From Paramecium tetraurelia (lineage: Eukaryota): a stretch of DNA of 64,000 nt. A program made the position numbers and the translations under genes. The notes under the pieces are model-generated. The model had not been told where the DNA came from. It searched no databases and saw only the letters and a list, made by a program, of their open reading frames with translations. Location: positions 137,204-201,203 of the forward strand of contig CT868018.1 in the NCBI GenBank assembly GCA_000165425.1, given 5' to 3'. This document shows, one piece after another, positions 14,373 through 27,612 of the stretch (the stretch's first letter is position 1; each line of letters opens with the position of its first letter).

Positions 14373-15011
14373 ATGAATTTTTTGTAAATAATCATTGATG
14401 CCAAATTTTTGCTAGGGATAGGAGTTGGTTTTTTTGTGGCATCATTTCTAATGCTACCGAAGAATGATAATAATTAAAGTAATGGTTCATATTCAAAACT
14501 AAAATTATCATCCAAATCACTGCCTTCAACATAGGATTTAAAACAAGTTTATTTGAAACCAAGCGAAAGACCAAAATAATTGAAAGAGAAGAGTTAATGT
14601 TTGCAAGACATATAATAAAAAGGATTAAGGAATTAAAAATAGGATTTTATAGAGGAAGATGAAATAAGAAAAAAGGTAAAAATGCAGTATCATTAATTTG
14701 AACCTATGTTTGATGAGACGTCGATTAAAGTCTAATCTATTCATACTTCTTCAGATTTGGAAAGCTCTTAGCAGTTGAGAATCGAATGCGCAACATTGCT
14801 GCCCAATAACGAGAATTTCATGTCTTGTTAGGAGGATAAATACTTTAATTAGTATGATAAAGGATTTGACTAGAACGATCGAGATTTAGAAGAGTTGGCG
14901 CATATCCAAGAATCTCCAATACTAAAAAATAATGAGTTTAGTAATAGAAAACTAAACGTTAAATTAGAATTCTAAAATAGAAACCCAGAATCAAACTCCA
15001 AAGAGGATTGA
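14373..15011 (+). CDS. Hypothetical protein with N-terminal membrane anchor (212 aa)
   Basis: Single open frame ATG to TGA in the ciliate code; FLLGIGVGFFVASFLML hydrophobic segment. Confidence 0.7.
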
Positions 15012-15096
15012 TAAGATTTTGTGAACCATTTTCATTATAAATAAGTTTTACTATTTGAGTTTATCATTTTCGAGATAAAATTTGTATTTAATTAAT

Positions 15097-15430
15097 ATGA
15101 ATAAAGAAATATAGCAATTTTTGTAAAAGTTAGAGAGTGTGATTATATTTTAGTTATTTTCCTGATCTAAGTAATCCTCCGAAACCTGATTTAGAATTTA
15201 TGGATGAAGATGAATTGTATGAATGGCTTCATCAAAGACTATTATTATTTATAGTTACAAAGGATATTCAAACAGGAGCAGTGGCTATTTAATAGTGGTG
15301 CTTAAGGGGATATTGTAATATTATTAAACCTTAATACATAGAAATTAGAATCTGGAATCCCGTTGGTTCATTAATTTCTAACTACAATGGCTGGACAGTA
15401 ACTGAAAAAGAATCCTAAGATGGCAGATGA
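15097..15430 (+). CDS. Small hypothetical protein (~102 aa)
   Basis: One 25-nt intron gives MNKEIQQFLQNYFPDLSNPPKPDL...IRIWNPVGSLISNYNGWTVTEKESQDGR-TGA. Confidence 0.6.
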
Positions 15431-16441
15431 AATAATAAATCTTGTACAAGATGAAAAAGAAAAAACAAAATTGATCACTCAATTGCAATAAACTTAACAA
15501 TAATAAGTAAATATACAAGTATCAGATGTAAAAATATTATTTCATTTAGTCACCCAAAGTATTAAAAGCATAAACAGATAAGAATGACCCTAGCTTCTTC
15601 TAGAATATTGTAACAGCCTTAAGATGTTGGGATAAAAAATAAAAATGATACACTTATGATCATAAAAATATTTTTAATTTTCTAATATCTTATAATTTGT
15701 TTTTCAATTAAATGATTTATTTACATAATTCTTTTAAAATATCCAGACAACATATCAAATTACTTTCAAATCTAAGATAAATTATAAATTTGAATAACTA
15801 ATTATTGAAGCTAGCTCAATATTATATTAATCTTAGAATTAAAAAGATTAAATTAAAAGCTCCATATTAAGTATCATCATATATAAATAGAATTATGAAT
15901 CAAATTATAAAACCTAAGTAATCAATCACACTATAAAATTTCAATCTTACAAATTTATTCTGCTATTAAATTTCATTTTTTTTATTATAATCTAGTAATA
16001 TTTGTATTTGATAGATTATTTGAGTTTCTTTCAATCTATCAAACCAATACTGTTAGCCTTATTATTTATTGTTCATCATCAATTTAACTTTAAATAGTAA
16101 ACTCTTGCTTCACAAATTCCAGATAATGATATAAATCAATATTCATTCTTTAAAATATGGCATTATTAAGTTCTTATATTGAATTACAAAGCATTTAAGG
16201 TTTATATTGTAATATTTACTTATTTAGTAATTATGATAATTCTAGAGTATTTTTCAATATTTAGAGGAATGTTAGATTGAGTTATACATCTAGATATTGT
16301 GTATTGTAATTATTAACGAGTGTTTTTTAGTATGATTTTTGATTTCTAAATTTTTAACTTTTCATTATAAATATGACACATCAATATAGATTCATTGGGA
16401 AATAATTTACAAATATAGACTATTTTTCTTAATAAATATCA

Positions 16442-17701
16442 ATGATTCGGGCGGTAATTTTGTTAGGTGGTCCAAGTAGAAAAGCAAGTTATGGGACATA
16501 TGAATAGGCATCTCCTTTATTTCCCGTTAGTGGAGTGGAAATAATCGGTCATCTCTTAAATGCAATCCAGAAATTACCCAATTTGAAGGATTTTGTTCTG
16601 ATGGGTTATTATGATAAGAAGTGTTTCTAATACTTTTAAGAGAAATACTAGAAATTATATGGCAAAAATATACGTTATATATAAGAAGAGAGTGAAATGG
16701 GGACAGCAGGTGGATTAGCATAAAATTTGGAAGAATTGTTTGAAGAAGTTGAAGGTATTATAAACATAATAACATAAAGATCTTTTGGTAGTGCATTCAG
16801 ATATTTGTTGTGATTTGCAAGCCCAGAAATTCTATGATTACCATAAGAAGTAAACTATATTGAATAGCATAATTAGTAAATCTGGTGTTTGCAGCATAAT
16901 GACGGTGCGAGTATCGAAGGATGAATCTACTCGTTATGGGTGTTTGATAAAGGATTCCAATACAGATCAATTGATACATCATGCGGAGAAACCAGAATAA
17001 TATATTTCAAATTTGGTAAATTGTGGAGTATACATCTTCAATTAAACATTCAAAACTACAATCTTGAATGTGAAAGCAAAAAAAGAAGCCAATTTAAGCG
17101 AAGAACTTTAACATCAACCATATGTAAAGTACATAAAAAGAAGTTCAGATTTGGATAAATCTTACTTGTCTTTAGAAAACGATGTCCTGAAATAGGCAGA
17201 GAGAGACAAAGTTTATGTATATGAACACTAGGGCTTCTGGCAATCAATAAAATCGACAAGTGATCTTCTGAATGCAAATCGACTTCTACTCCAATATTAT
17301 GGACAAAATCCTTTCATATTCCTTAGTCCTGAATTTGAAATCAAAAGTGATGGAGTACTGATTCACAAGAGTGCAAAAGTTCATCCATCTGCGAAGTTAG
17401 GTAGCAATGTGGTTATTGGTGCTGGTTGTGAAATTGGAGAGGGAGTTCGCATAAAGAACTCAATTCTATTAGATGGCGTCGAAGTCAAAGTAACTATCAT
17501 TGTAAATTATAGAATTTCTCATTTATTTCAAATTCAATAATCTGCTACAATTCAATCCTAGGTTATTGGTGTAGGATTGAAGGGGATGTTCAATTCCTAG
17601 GACCATGGGTGATAGTTGACAATGAATTATATTTAAGGAATGTAGTATGTCTTCAAAACTGCAGAGTGTCTAAAAGTTAAGATGGAGGTTGTTTGATGTG
17701 A
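16442..17701 (+). CDS. GMPPA: Mannose-1-phosphate guanylyltransferase alpha-like (nucleotidyltransferase plus left-handed beta-helix)
   Basis: AVILLGGP, PLFPVSG, MGTAGGL, YGCL...EKPEQYISNLVNCGVYIF, LSLENDVL, hexapeptide repeats IHKSAKVHPSAKLGSNVVIG; three introns, 394 aa. Confidence 0.85.
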
Positions 17702-17726
17702 AATTAATATATATATATATATATTA

Positions 17727-18416
17727 TCAATCAACACCCAAACATATATCGATTGTTGTGTCATATACTACTGTGGGCATAACTGATTGCATAAATTTCA
17801 AGAAAATAAACAATGCCTACATGGGTTTGATGTCTGCTCCATTTTGTTTGGCCTTGTCTAGGAATGCCTTCATTGTTGTTGAATGATTGCATGGATGTAT
17901 TGTCACTTGTTAATAATGAAGATAAGGATGTTCCTCTACTGTTACTGTCTCATTCTGATAGACACTCATGATGTCTTCATAAATTTCTTAATGTTTCAAT
18001 GGTAAACCAGAATTTAATGCCACTCCCTACAGCCATAATCTTGGACAATGGTATTTACGGTCATAGGTGATTGTGATTGTGTACACTCTCGTCTCTTGTT
18101 CATTCAAAGCCTGTTATTGTTTTTAACTCATATCCACACACAGAAAGCCGTCCTATCCTTGATTGTTTTAGAAGTCAAAGGACAAAAACTCTTTTATGCG
18201 AGTCTAAGATGTTGCATTGGCTATGAGGTACATCTTTTCTGGATGAGGAGGATCCACACCCTTCTTTACTTGAGCCTTTTTCCATTGCCATCCAGTCATA
18301 GTCAATTGATCTCCAGCCTCTATAAATTATTCAGGTGTCATCCATCCTTTCGAATAGAAATCCTATGGTTTTGGAGTAACAAATGAATTCACAAAATTGT
18401 TGATTCCTTGAAACAT
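17727..18416 (-). CDS. ATG3: Autophagy E2-like enzyme Atg3 (compact, 229 aa)
   Basis: GWMTPEQFIEAGDQL, ITYDRKYHCPRLWL, EDIMSVYQNETVTVEEHP, catalytic IHPCNH, LFIFLKFMQSVMPTVVYD; intronless. Confidence 0.92.
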
Positions 18417-18518
18417 TTTGTTTAAATTAATTATGCCAAATTTTAATCTATATTTATTCTTTTTGATCTATGTAACAATTTGATTTGGAAAATTAATATA
18501 GATAAATAGATAATAAAG

Positions 18519-20208
18519 TCATTACATGTCAATTAGGTATTCTTCCACTTTTTCATATATCAATACATATGCTTATTGCTACAACACATCTTGTTCTGTA
18601 ACCAGATATACTTTGTGATCATCAAAGTAGTACCACTAATAATATAGCAACTATCTATATACTTGATCTTGTCTAGATGAGAATGAAACATAATGGCCTC
18701 TTTCAGATGTGCCTTGGTGAACAATAATTGATCTTAATTTGTATTTTGCTTTTATGGAACAAAACCTATGATAATTTTAGAATTGAAGTTTACTCTTAAA
18801 CATCAAGACTGATTGGGAATCTCACATGTCCATTCAATTTAATTCTATTTGGATAAACCTAAAATCGTTTTAAATGAATCATCAAATACAAAGGAGGTGT
18901 GCCGATTACATACTTCTTAACAGCCCTTGTTTCATTGCAACAGTTTTCACATTAGTAGTGATCACTCAATATTTCTTGGGCAAAAAACAATCGTAGACAT
19001 TTATCCAAGGTTTATAACTTATTCATCGACAAAGATAAATCCAAAAAGGATTCAAATTTAGTGGATTGTTGATTACATTAATCACATTTAATCAAAGACA
19101 TCATCTATCCCTGAAAAGCAATTTCCGTGATGGGCTAATCATATTTGAACTGTCCCTACATTTCCACAGTCAATTGTTCGATAAAGTATCTCAGGAATTC
19201 TTAGGAGTCATGTTATTGGCGAGGATCGAACTTATTTTTTATTAATTGCTTTAGCAACTATATTTTGATGAAGGCTCCTGCCTTTTTGTTAGCAGCAATA
19301 GTAACTATTTCTAAATAGGCATTCAACCACCGATACTTATCTGACTATTAATTAGCTATTTTCTTCCCTTCATTCATCATCCAACAATTTATCTGTTCAA
19401 CAGACAATATGGTTTGTAAAGCTGCATGCATGAAACAATAGTTGGATTCATTATAAAATCCAATTGGAGGCAATTCAAATTAGGATTTTTGGAAAGGCAG
19501 AGTGATGCTCATATATGAAACCGTATCCATCAACCCTGACTACATCGAACTAACTCTAGACAAAGTAGGCTTTTACGTTGAATTCTCAAATCCTTCTCCT
19601 TTGCTATAATCTTAAAGAGAGACTTCAGGTCCTCCACCATACAAACTATGGATAAACATCCAAGCATTCCTGTTTAGCAACACAAAATCCACATCTTATT
19701 TTAGATTTGGCTTGTAAATAGCATCTATAGAGCTTTAATCAGCAAAGAAGGGCTGGTTATTAATAGGCCCTGGAACCTTGGTATTAATGTGCTATAAGTA
19801 ACTAGTATAATATTTAGCCCAATCAATGTGAAGCATGTATTATAATTTGGCTTGCTATGAAATCAAGGTTCGTATGATTTGCCCCTCCACTTCAGATCTT
19901 GTATAAGTATATGCTCTTACCTTTGAGGGGAATTAAGATGCTTTTTGATGGTCTAGAGAAAGTGATTAACGATGTAATCATAGGCATGTCCGGCACTCTT
20001 AATAGCGAACAACACTTACATTCACCTAGGTGATCTTTGTGCTTCCTGATAGGGAGTCTTCCAACTTCGATGGCGAGTTCAAGAATTATTTGCTTGCTGG
20101 TCTCATCAGTACTTGTTTCCCTTAGCCAGGGTGCTTGAACTCAGGAAATTGAGGAACCTCTAGATTTGTAGTTTCGTCACTCTCATAAATTCTTGAATAT
20201 TTACTCAT
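18519..20208 (-). CDS. Ubiquitin-specific protease with DUSP domain
   Basis: DUSP: PGPINN...DFVLLNRNAWMFIHSLYGGGPE; Cys box GFYNESNYCFMHAALQ; QQHDSQEF; His box HQGTSERGHY; WYYFDD; AYVLIY. Confidence 0.92.
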
Positions 20209-20284
20209 TCATTCGATCTAAATTATTATCATCAACATCGCCTTTAGTTTTTATTAACATAATTAATTATATTAGAACACAAAA

Positions 20285-23200
20285 TCACAATGTAAAAAAA
20301 CATTCATAAACATCCTGATCAATTAACTACTCTAGACTCTAAATCCCCTCAGTATTTTCAATTGATTAGTCTACTGCGTACACTTGTACACTCATTTAGC
20401 CTTGCATTACCAAATTTGCACACTCTCTGAGTTTCTGTGGAAATGCATCATCCAGGTATCTAATCACATCTGAAATCTCACTAAAAGCATAGTTCTTATT
20501 CACAATCTTATCCCAAATGAATTAGCCTTCCTCCTACAAAGATTTAAATTTAATCTCATTATATAATTTGTTTATAGTGTATAACTTCTGATCCAATATG
20601 TCATCATCTTACAAATTGCTCAGATGCAAATTAGCCTATTTTAAGAACTTCTCAATCTCCTCGTTCCCTTCAGAAGGTACTACTCCTTACATGTACACTT
20701 ACAATCCATCTGCACATCCTAAGGGCTTTCTCTTAATCAAGACTTGCTGACCCATTTTGAAATAATTGTTTGAATAAGATTACAAGAAATCTGCATAGAA
20801 ATACAACTTAGAAGTAGTCTCTATATTTTTCAATCCTGTCTAATAATAATTGAGTACTGATGATATCATATCAGTGCTAGATTCCCTTTGAACTATATAC
20901 TTCAAATTTTAACCCTTTAAATTTAATGTTCTAGTCAAATATGTTTCCTATGAGTCTTGAAACACACTATCGTTTGGCAATATGTTACCAATGTTTAGAA
21001 CTTCGATTTTGCTTGACAAGAGAGATCCTTAAAATTCCAAGAACTTTTAATAATCCACTTCATCTAACACATTCAGTATCTCTTATGGAGTATTAATTGG
21101 TCTCAACATTATCTTTGGTAAATAATATTGTTGTGTTAATAAAGATAGTTTCTGATCATGGAATCTCTTGATATCCTTACTCAATAGATCCTTCACATAA
21201 TAGAATAGTTATTCATCATCAATACTCATCAAATCAAATACCTTATCTTAAAATTCCTATTGCTTCTCGGAATAACTAAGAATCTATACATTTAGACCAT
21301 TGATTGTCTCTTTGAAAGACAATTCATATCCAAATAAAAATTCCTATTGAAATAGTCTTTTCGACAATTCTGTATAATATTTCTACAACAACTTCAACAT
21401 TGTTTTACCCTAAGCTAATGTAGACTCAGGTTTCTCAATGAATAATCCAGTAAATACCATAGCCCCCAATCTACTTGGTTTCCACCAAACATTGCTAGCA
21501 ACCTAAAATGGTGTCAGTGAGGACTATGCTGCTTTTTCCTTTTCTAAACAATCTATTTAAAAATCTGGCATTGGAAATTCACAAACATACTCTACTGTTT
21601 CGAATTTAGGGTCTCTTGTTCCATCAAACTTCCCATCTTTTACTGTCAAACTTAAATCATCCACATGTTAATATCCGAATCCTTATATTTTGTATATAGG
21701 CTCTTAACAAACTGATATTATTGCCAGGTTTTCGGGTAAGAATGGACTGATAGCAGGTAATTGGAATTAATATTAGTTGTTAAGTTCAAATAATTTTACT
21801 AAAGGCTTTAAATCATATGTAAATCCTTAATGAACTTTATTCAGAATTGCATCCAATATGAATATTGAATCATCTTTTTGTGATTCATAAGTTGAATTCA
21901 ATTGAAAGTTCTCACTTCCAACTAAAACTATGAAATTATTAGCCAAATTCGATAAATATTTATTGAATTCATCCTTATCAAATATTGGTAAGCTTTCTTA
22001 CCCTTTCAAAGCATAAATTGGGTCTGAAAAGAGATTTTATCCGGTTGATATTAGATTTTCTTCGTATTTTGTATTGAATAGTAATTCTTCTGTCGCCAAC
22101 ATTTAAGAATACAAGTATTGAAGCTAATTTTCGTCTGCTTATTTTAAGTAATCAAAAAATTAGATCAACTTATTTATGGAATTTAATACACTCCCTAAAT
22201 CTATATCCAATGTTATTAACAGATGATTCTACCATATTGCACCATAAAATGGTTTAGGCAATAAGTATGCTAAGAATCTTTAACAACTATATTGATCGCT
22301 CATAGACAATAATGTCAATAATTCTGTGTCACTTCTGAATTTTAGAATATGTCTGCCTTAGGGATATTTATTTTAAAAGTTTGGTTGCTAAAACTTATGT
22401 AAATTTTTTAATTTAGATAAATCTGATTAAAATACTTTATCTAAGATCTTTTCCTATTCTTCTGATGTTTTAAAAATCAAACTTATAGTATCAGCTGAAA
22501 TATGGGAGATGTACTATTAGAACAATTAATCAGCATCTACATTTAAAATTGTGAGTTCGTTTAAATGTGCTTATTAACTTAAAAAATCACTCACATATTC
22601 TAATTCACCAGATTTCGAATCAATCAATAAATCATTATATAAATCATTAGCATTCTTATCAATATCTATAAATTAAGGCTTTGTTAATATGTTGTACAAT
22701 TCCTATAATTTTGCATTCAACTCTTCAAATAAACTCAATTAGACTGTCAAAGTAGTGTAATTATTGAAAATCTCTATATAAAAATTGGTTTATAGGCATC
22801 TAAATAGCAACTCTGTCAATCCAGGCTTGTCTGATGGGTCATCCTTCTTCCCAATATTCAATGTAATTGTCATATGAATTCCCTCTATGGATGATTAAAT
22901 CAACAACATTTTTACTCCATTTTATAATTCCTTATATGTATAAATATTTTTGGAAAACACAGGCTTTAGAATTTAGATCTAAGATTCTTATTAAATTATA
23001 AGTTCTTCCAAATCCTAAACAACATTTTATTGCTCTTCCAATTTCTCCTCTATTTTCTTATTGATATCATCATCATCATCTATCCATTCAGTACGCACAT
23101 CATTGTATTATTCTATTTTTGAGATATAACTATCTAACACACTATCTATTGCAATCTCATCCTCTTTAGGTGCTTTACTATCTCCATTACTCTAAAGACC

Positions 23201-23535
23201 ATCACTGAGTTTATTAAATACATCCTAAACCGCAGAGTCTTAATAATTATTATTTTATAATGCTACACGTACATCCTTATTAGGTTTCGATGTAATTAAA
23301 ACTAAACTATTAATTAAGCAAGCTTACCATTATAATGCTTGAGCAACCCAAATCCTGAAAATCCAATCATAATTACTAAAATCAGTATTATAATTGCATC
23401 ATATTTTGATGGACCTGATTAATCATAATATGGCTCTATCTTATCCTAATTTCTCCAATTTTATGATTTTAATCCTATTTTTTCGTTTTTGTCTTCGTCT
23501 TTAAGCAATTTTTCATAATCTTCCTCTTGACTCAT
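20285..23535 (-). CDS. Insulinase (M16A)-like protein, type II membrane-anchored, lacking HXXEH (~1,074 aa)
   Basis: TM segment IIILILVIMIGFSGFGLL, acidic stalk, then LQNGVKMLLI...LNIGKKDDPSDKPGLTELLFRCL; one 26-nt intron makes the length a multiple of 3. Confidence 0.75.
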
Positions 23536-23968
23536 AAAATACAAGAATTATTTATTATTCAAAACGGATGATAAAAATTGATTCTAATGAAAAATAACTA
23601 AATAAATCCATAAATCATTTTTTCCTCTTCTTATATTAAAATCTTATTTAAAGTGTTCATAAGATATGTATTAACAAATATGAAATTATAATTTATTTCA
23701 GGTCTCATAGTGTTATTTAATTGCTTATATTTGAATGAACTAAAATATTATTTCACATATAATTTTATGCATACAAAAATAAAAGATTTTTGAATATCTG
23801 ATATCCTATTGAATTGCAAGGTTTTGTTTGAAATTTAGTAAAAAAAAATTATAAGAAGAAAAATAATAATAATGATATATATTCTCAAATCTTACGTAGA
23901 TTAATTTCTTCCAATGAAAATGAAGATCATTTTAATTAGTAATAATACAAAGTATAAATAAATGAAAA

Positions 23969-24940
23969 TCATTTTTGATAAATACCATTATCCCAATAAC
24001 CTTCAATCACCTTTCCTTACGTTTCCAAAATACCAAAACCATTGTAAACTCCATCATACCATTCACCATTATATATTAAATTATGTGTTGTTAACTTTCC
24101 AATTCCTTATTTCTTTCCTTTATGATAGTTTCCCTCGTAAACTTTGCCATCTGGCCAAGTAAACTTTCCCATTCCATGCATATACCCATCTTTAAATTCT
24201 CCTACATATACTTCACCATCTGGAAAATAATAAGTCCCTTTTCCATTAATCTAATTTTCAATAAAGTCCCCCTCATAACTAGCTCCATCAGTAAACCATT
24301 TAATTTTTCCTTTGCCGTGCTTTAAGCCCTTTAAGAATTCTCCTTCATAAATATAATGTTATTTAAGTATTTCTTATCCAATCCCACTAGGCTGACTCTC
24401 TTTCCACTCTCCTTCATATTTCACTTAATTGGATGTGTATTTTCCATGACCATGTTATTAATCGTTTTCAAATTCTCCCTCATATACTTCACCTTCCTAA
24501 AACACTATTTTTCCATAGCCATTTGCCATATCATCTTTCCAAATGCCTTTGAAGCAAGAACCATCATGATAAAAAAACTAACCTTCTCCTTCTTTTTTTC
24601 CATTAATTAATGATCCCTTATAGACTCCATTAGGAAATTCAAAGAACTCTCTAATCTGACTGGTTGGTGTTTAAATATTAGAATCATGAATTGATTCGAA
24701 ATGTAAAGTTCGTTTACGATGCAATTTAAGATTAAATGGTACCATCTTAACCTTCTCAGGAGATTAAGATTTTGTAGTATTTAGGGATTCAACTTATGTC
24801 AATTACCTTAAATCAGAAATATTAAGATTAAAAGATTTAGTATCAAACTTATTAACAAGGAAAGGTTGTTGCCTATTTTCTATTGAAACGGAAGCAAAAT
24901 CCTTATCATTTATTTCAACTTGTTAACAATAATTTCCCAT
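23969..24940 (-). CDS. MORN-repeat protein with N-terminal acylation motif
   Basis: MGNYC start; about 9-10 repeats of YEGEFxxxxxHGxG type (e.g. YEGEFLKGLKHGKG, YVGEFKDGYMHGMG). Confidence 0.92.
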
Positions 24941-25755
24941 ATTTAAAATTTATATCAAATTATAAAATAATGTTCTAAAAATTATCTTTTTTCATAATTG
25001 AGCATCTATTGAACAATAGATTCAAGAATCTATACCAAAGCAGTGTTTGATAAATAATTTCATATAATAGATCTTCCACTCATTCAACCTCCTTTTTGTA
25101 TACAATAAATGAACTTGATTTAATTAAGACTAAAAAATATAATTTATATGTGAAGAAAATCTCTTTTGACTTTACCTTTCTAATAAATCTTCTATTAAAT
25201 TGAAGGCTATGCTTAAATCTTTTGAAAGCAATTTTATTAAATAAGATTTTGATATAAAAGTCATCATTCAATTCCAATAATTACTCTAATGTTACTAATC
25301 TAATCAATTTAATTACCAATAAATATTATATATTCCTTACCTAATATTGTATCTTCAATGTTAAATTGTACCATCTCTCTTTTATTTAAATATCCTAGAA
25401 TATTTTAATCTTTTCTATTGATCATAAGTCTTATTTTGTTTATGCTATTATTTTGATTTAAGAGTTATCAATTTACCTTCTATAAAATCGTATATTTATA
25501 GAATTTTCATACTTCAGAATGAAAACCAAAAACCTCAACAAATAGACATAGAATTAAACAACTCTCTATTACTAGACATACAAGTTATCAAGTGAAATTC
25601 AACAATGGATTATTATTCTAAAATTAGAAAAGAATAGGAAGAATAAGTTTCTCTTTTGATTTCAATTTAAAATTAAAATTAATTTACTTTTTCTTTTCTC
25701 CAATATATAAATGTTTTAAGTATATTAAATTATAAAATGAATAAATTAGTTAAAA

Positions 25756-26189
25756 TCATGTTTCTAAGCTTTGCTTTTTACGTGCTAGTAATGGGTTTAA
25801 CCATGGTGTGAACTCCCCAATATTCATTTGCTTGAGTTAAAAAATTTGATTATTCTTCTGTGGACCCAATTAAGGTGATTCACTTATAGATGCCTAAAAA
25901 ATTATTCCTTTCTTCTTAGACTTTTCACTTTAATATTTTAAAATTCATACTAATATTCTTATTCTTTATTTCTGGGGTCTGTTTTAAATTCTATTCCTAG
26001 CTACCTTAAATACAGTACTATCCGATGTTCACTTTCAAATTATTATTAATTAGAACTATGGTATTAGGGTAAGAAGCTATCAAGTGATTCCACTGACTCA
26101 TTAGGTAAGATTTGTTTGTCTAATTCTTCTGGAAAAAGAAGTTCAATTTTTGGTTTTCTCAATTCGTTTTCTCTTTTACCATACTGCAT
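25756..26189 (-). CDS. Hypothetical protein (~136 aa)
   Basis: MQYGKRENELRKPKIELLFP...; one 23-nt intron; ends LARKKQSLET-TGA. Confidence 0.6.
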
Positions 26190-27612
26190 TAAATAAATAT
26201 AATGTTAATTAATTAATTTTTATATCTTTCCGCTCCATTTTCTCCCGAGTTTATATCTAAAATGAATTGAAAAATATCATATAATATAAATTACGAACAT
26301 TATTGTTCTAATTAGATATATTTGATGAGTAATTTCTTTTAGGTTATTAATAATTAGAGAAAATATTGATACAATTATGTATTATAAAAAGATCAACTTG
26401 AAGATTATTTAAATATATTTTCTGTTGAAGCTTTTTAAAAATAATATTTGCTATTATATAACTAAAACTTTTGATTTTAATCTTCAATTAAAAAAGAGTC
26501 ATGATAATAGATTTTGATCAAATTCCTTGTCCTGTTATTAAATTATCTTCTCTTTAATTCCATCTTCAAAAAATAGGGTAATTTGTAATCGATTTTTAAA
26601 TATTTATCTGATATAATTAAAAATAATTCCCTTTCAGTAATAGTTACATATAGATGTATTGGGTATTAAATAAGCAATATATAAATAAATATCAATTACT
26701 CAATATCATTAAAATTGTCTTAAAATAAAAATTGAATGAGAAACCAACTTAATATAAATTCCTTCCTTAATTGGTTTACTATTAGATAAATCCATTAGAA
26801 AAGAAAAAGAATATTTAATAATATTATTATTCGGAAAATATCTTAATTTTAGAGGTTATAACAAAATTTATAGCTAATTGTATCTAAGATAAAAAATATT
26901 TGTATTCTTTTCTATAATTAATGAGTTCTTAAATGCATAACTCAAAATATAAAGCATTCTTATTTAAATGAATTGCGCAATTTATTCAAAAAAGGATAAT
27001 TTTTAATAATCCAGATCTCTGAGTATAAAATTACTTATTTAGTGTTATTTTATACTATTTATTACCTTATTATATCAATTCAACTATTAATATACTTTTT
27101 GATGTTTTATCTTTAGAAAATCCAATTATAATTATTAAGTTTAAATTTATCTTCAAATTCTTCTCATAAATCCTTCAATACTTGAATCTCTTCCATTTTA
27201 ATAACTTTTTTTGAATTCAAGCGTTAATATTAAAATTTAGTAATATAATTCAAGCAAAATAAGAAAAAATAATTTTATCTATTGAAATATAATTTTATCC
27301 AATTAAAATAAACTAATAATTTATAATCGCTGTTTTTTAGAATCCTGCCATTTTTATTGTGATATTTAAATTATTGCTTGATAAATCAATATCAAACTAA
27401 ATATCCAGAATTCATTAAATAAATATACTATCTTAGTTATTCCAAAGCTTGATTCGACATAATCATAGAAAATACTGAAAAATAATTTTAATTTTGAGGA
27501 GTTATAAAATTACATCTTTTGAAATCCCAATTAAAATATAGAAAATTTGAATGAAATAGATTTTAAAAATCAATTTAATAAACATAAATTAGTTTTATCA
27601 AATAATTGAGAG

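Noticed and set aside
23962..24610. Plus-strand hydrophobic ORFs
   Set aside because: Antisense to the MORN gene.
25000..25700. 65-aa ORF and flanking coding-like sequence
   Set aside because: No convincing ATG-to-TGA model in the ciliate code.
26200..27600. 1.4-kb very AT-rich stretch as a possible retained IES or transposon remnant
   Set aside because: No terminal inverted repeats or transposase motif seen; TA dinucleotides are uninformative at this AT content without germline reads.
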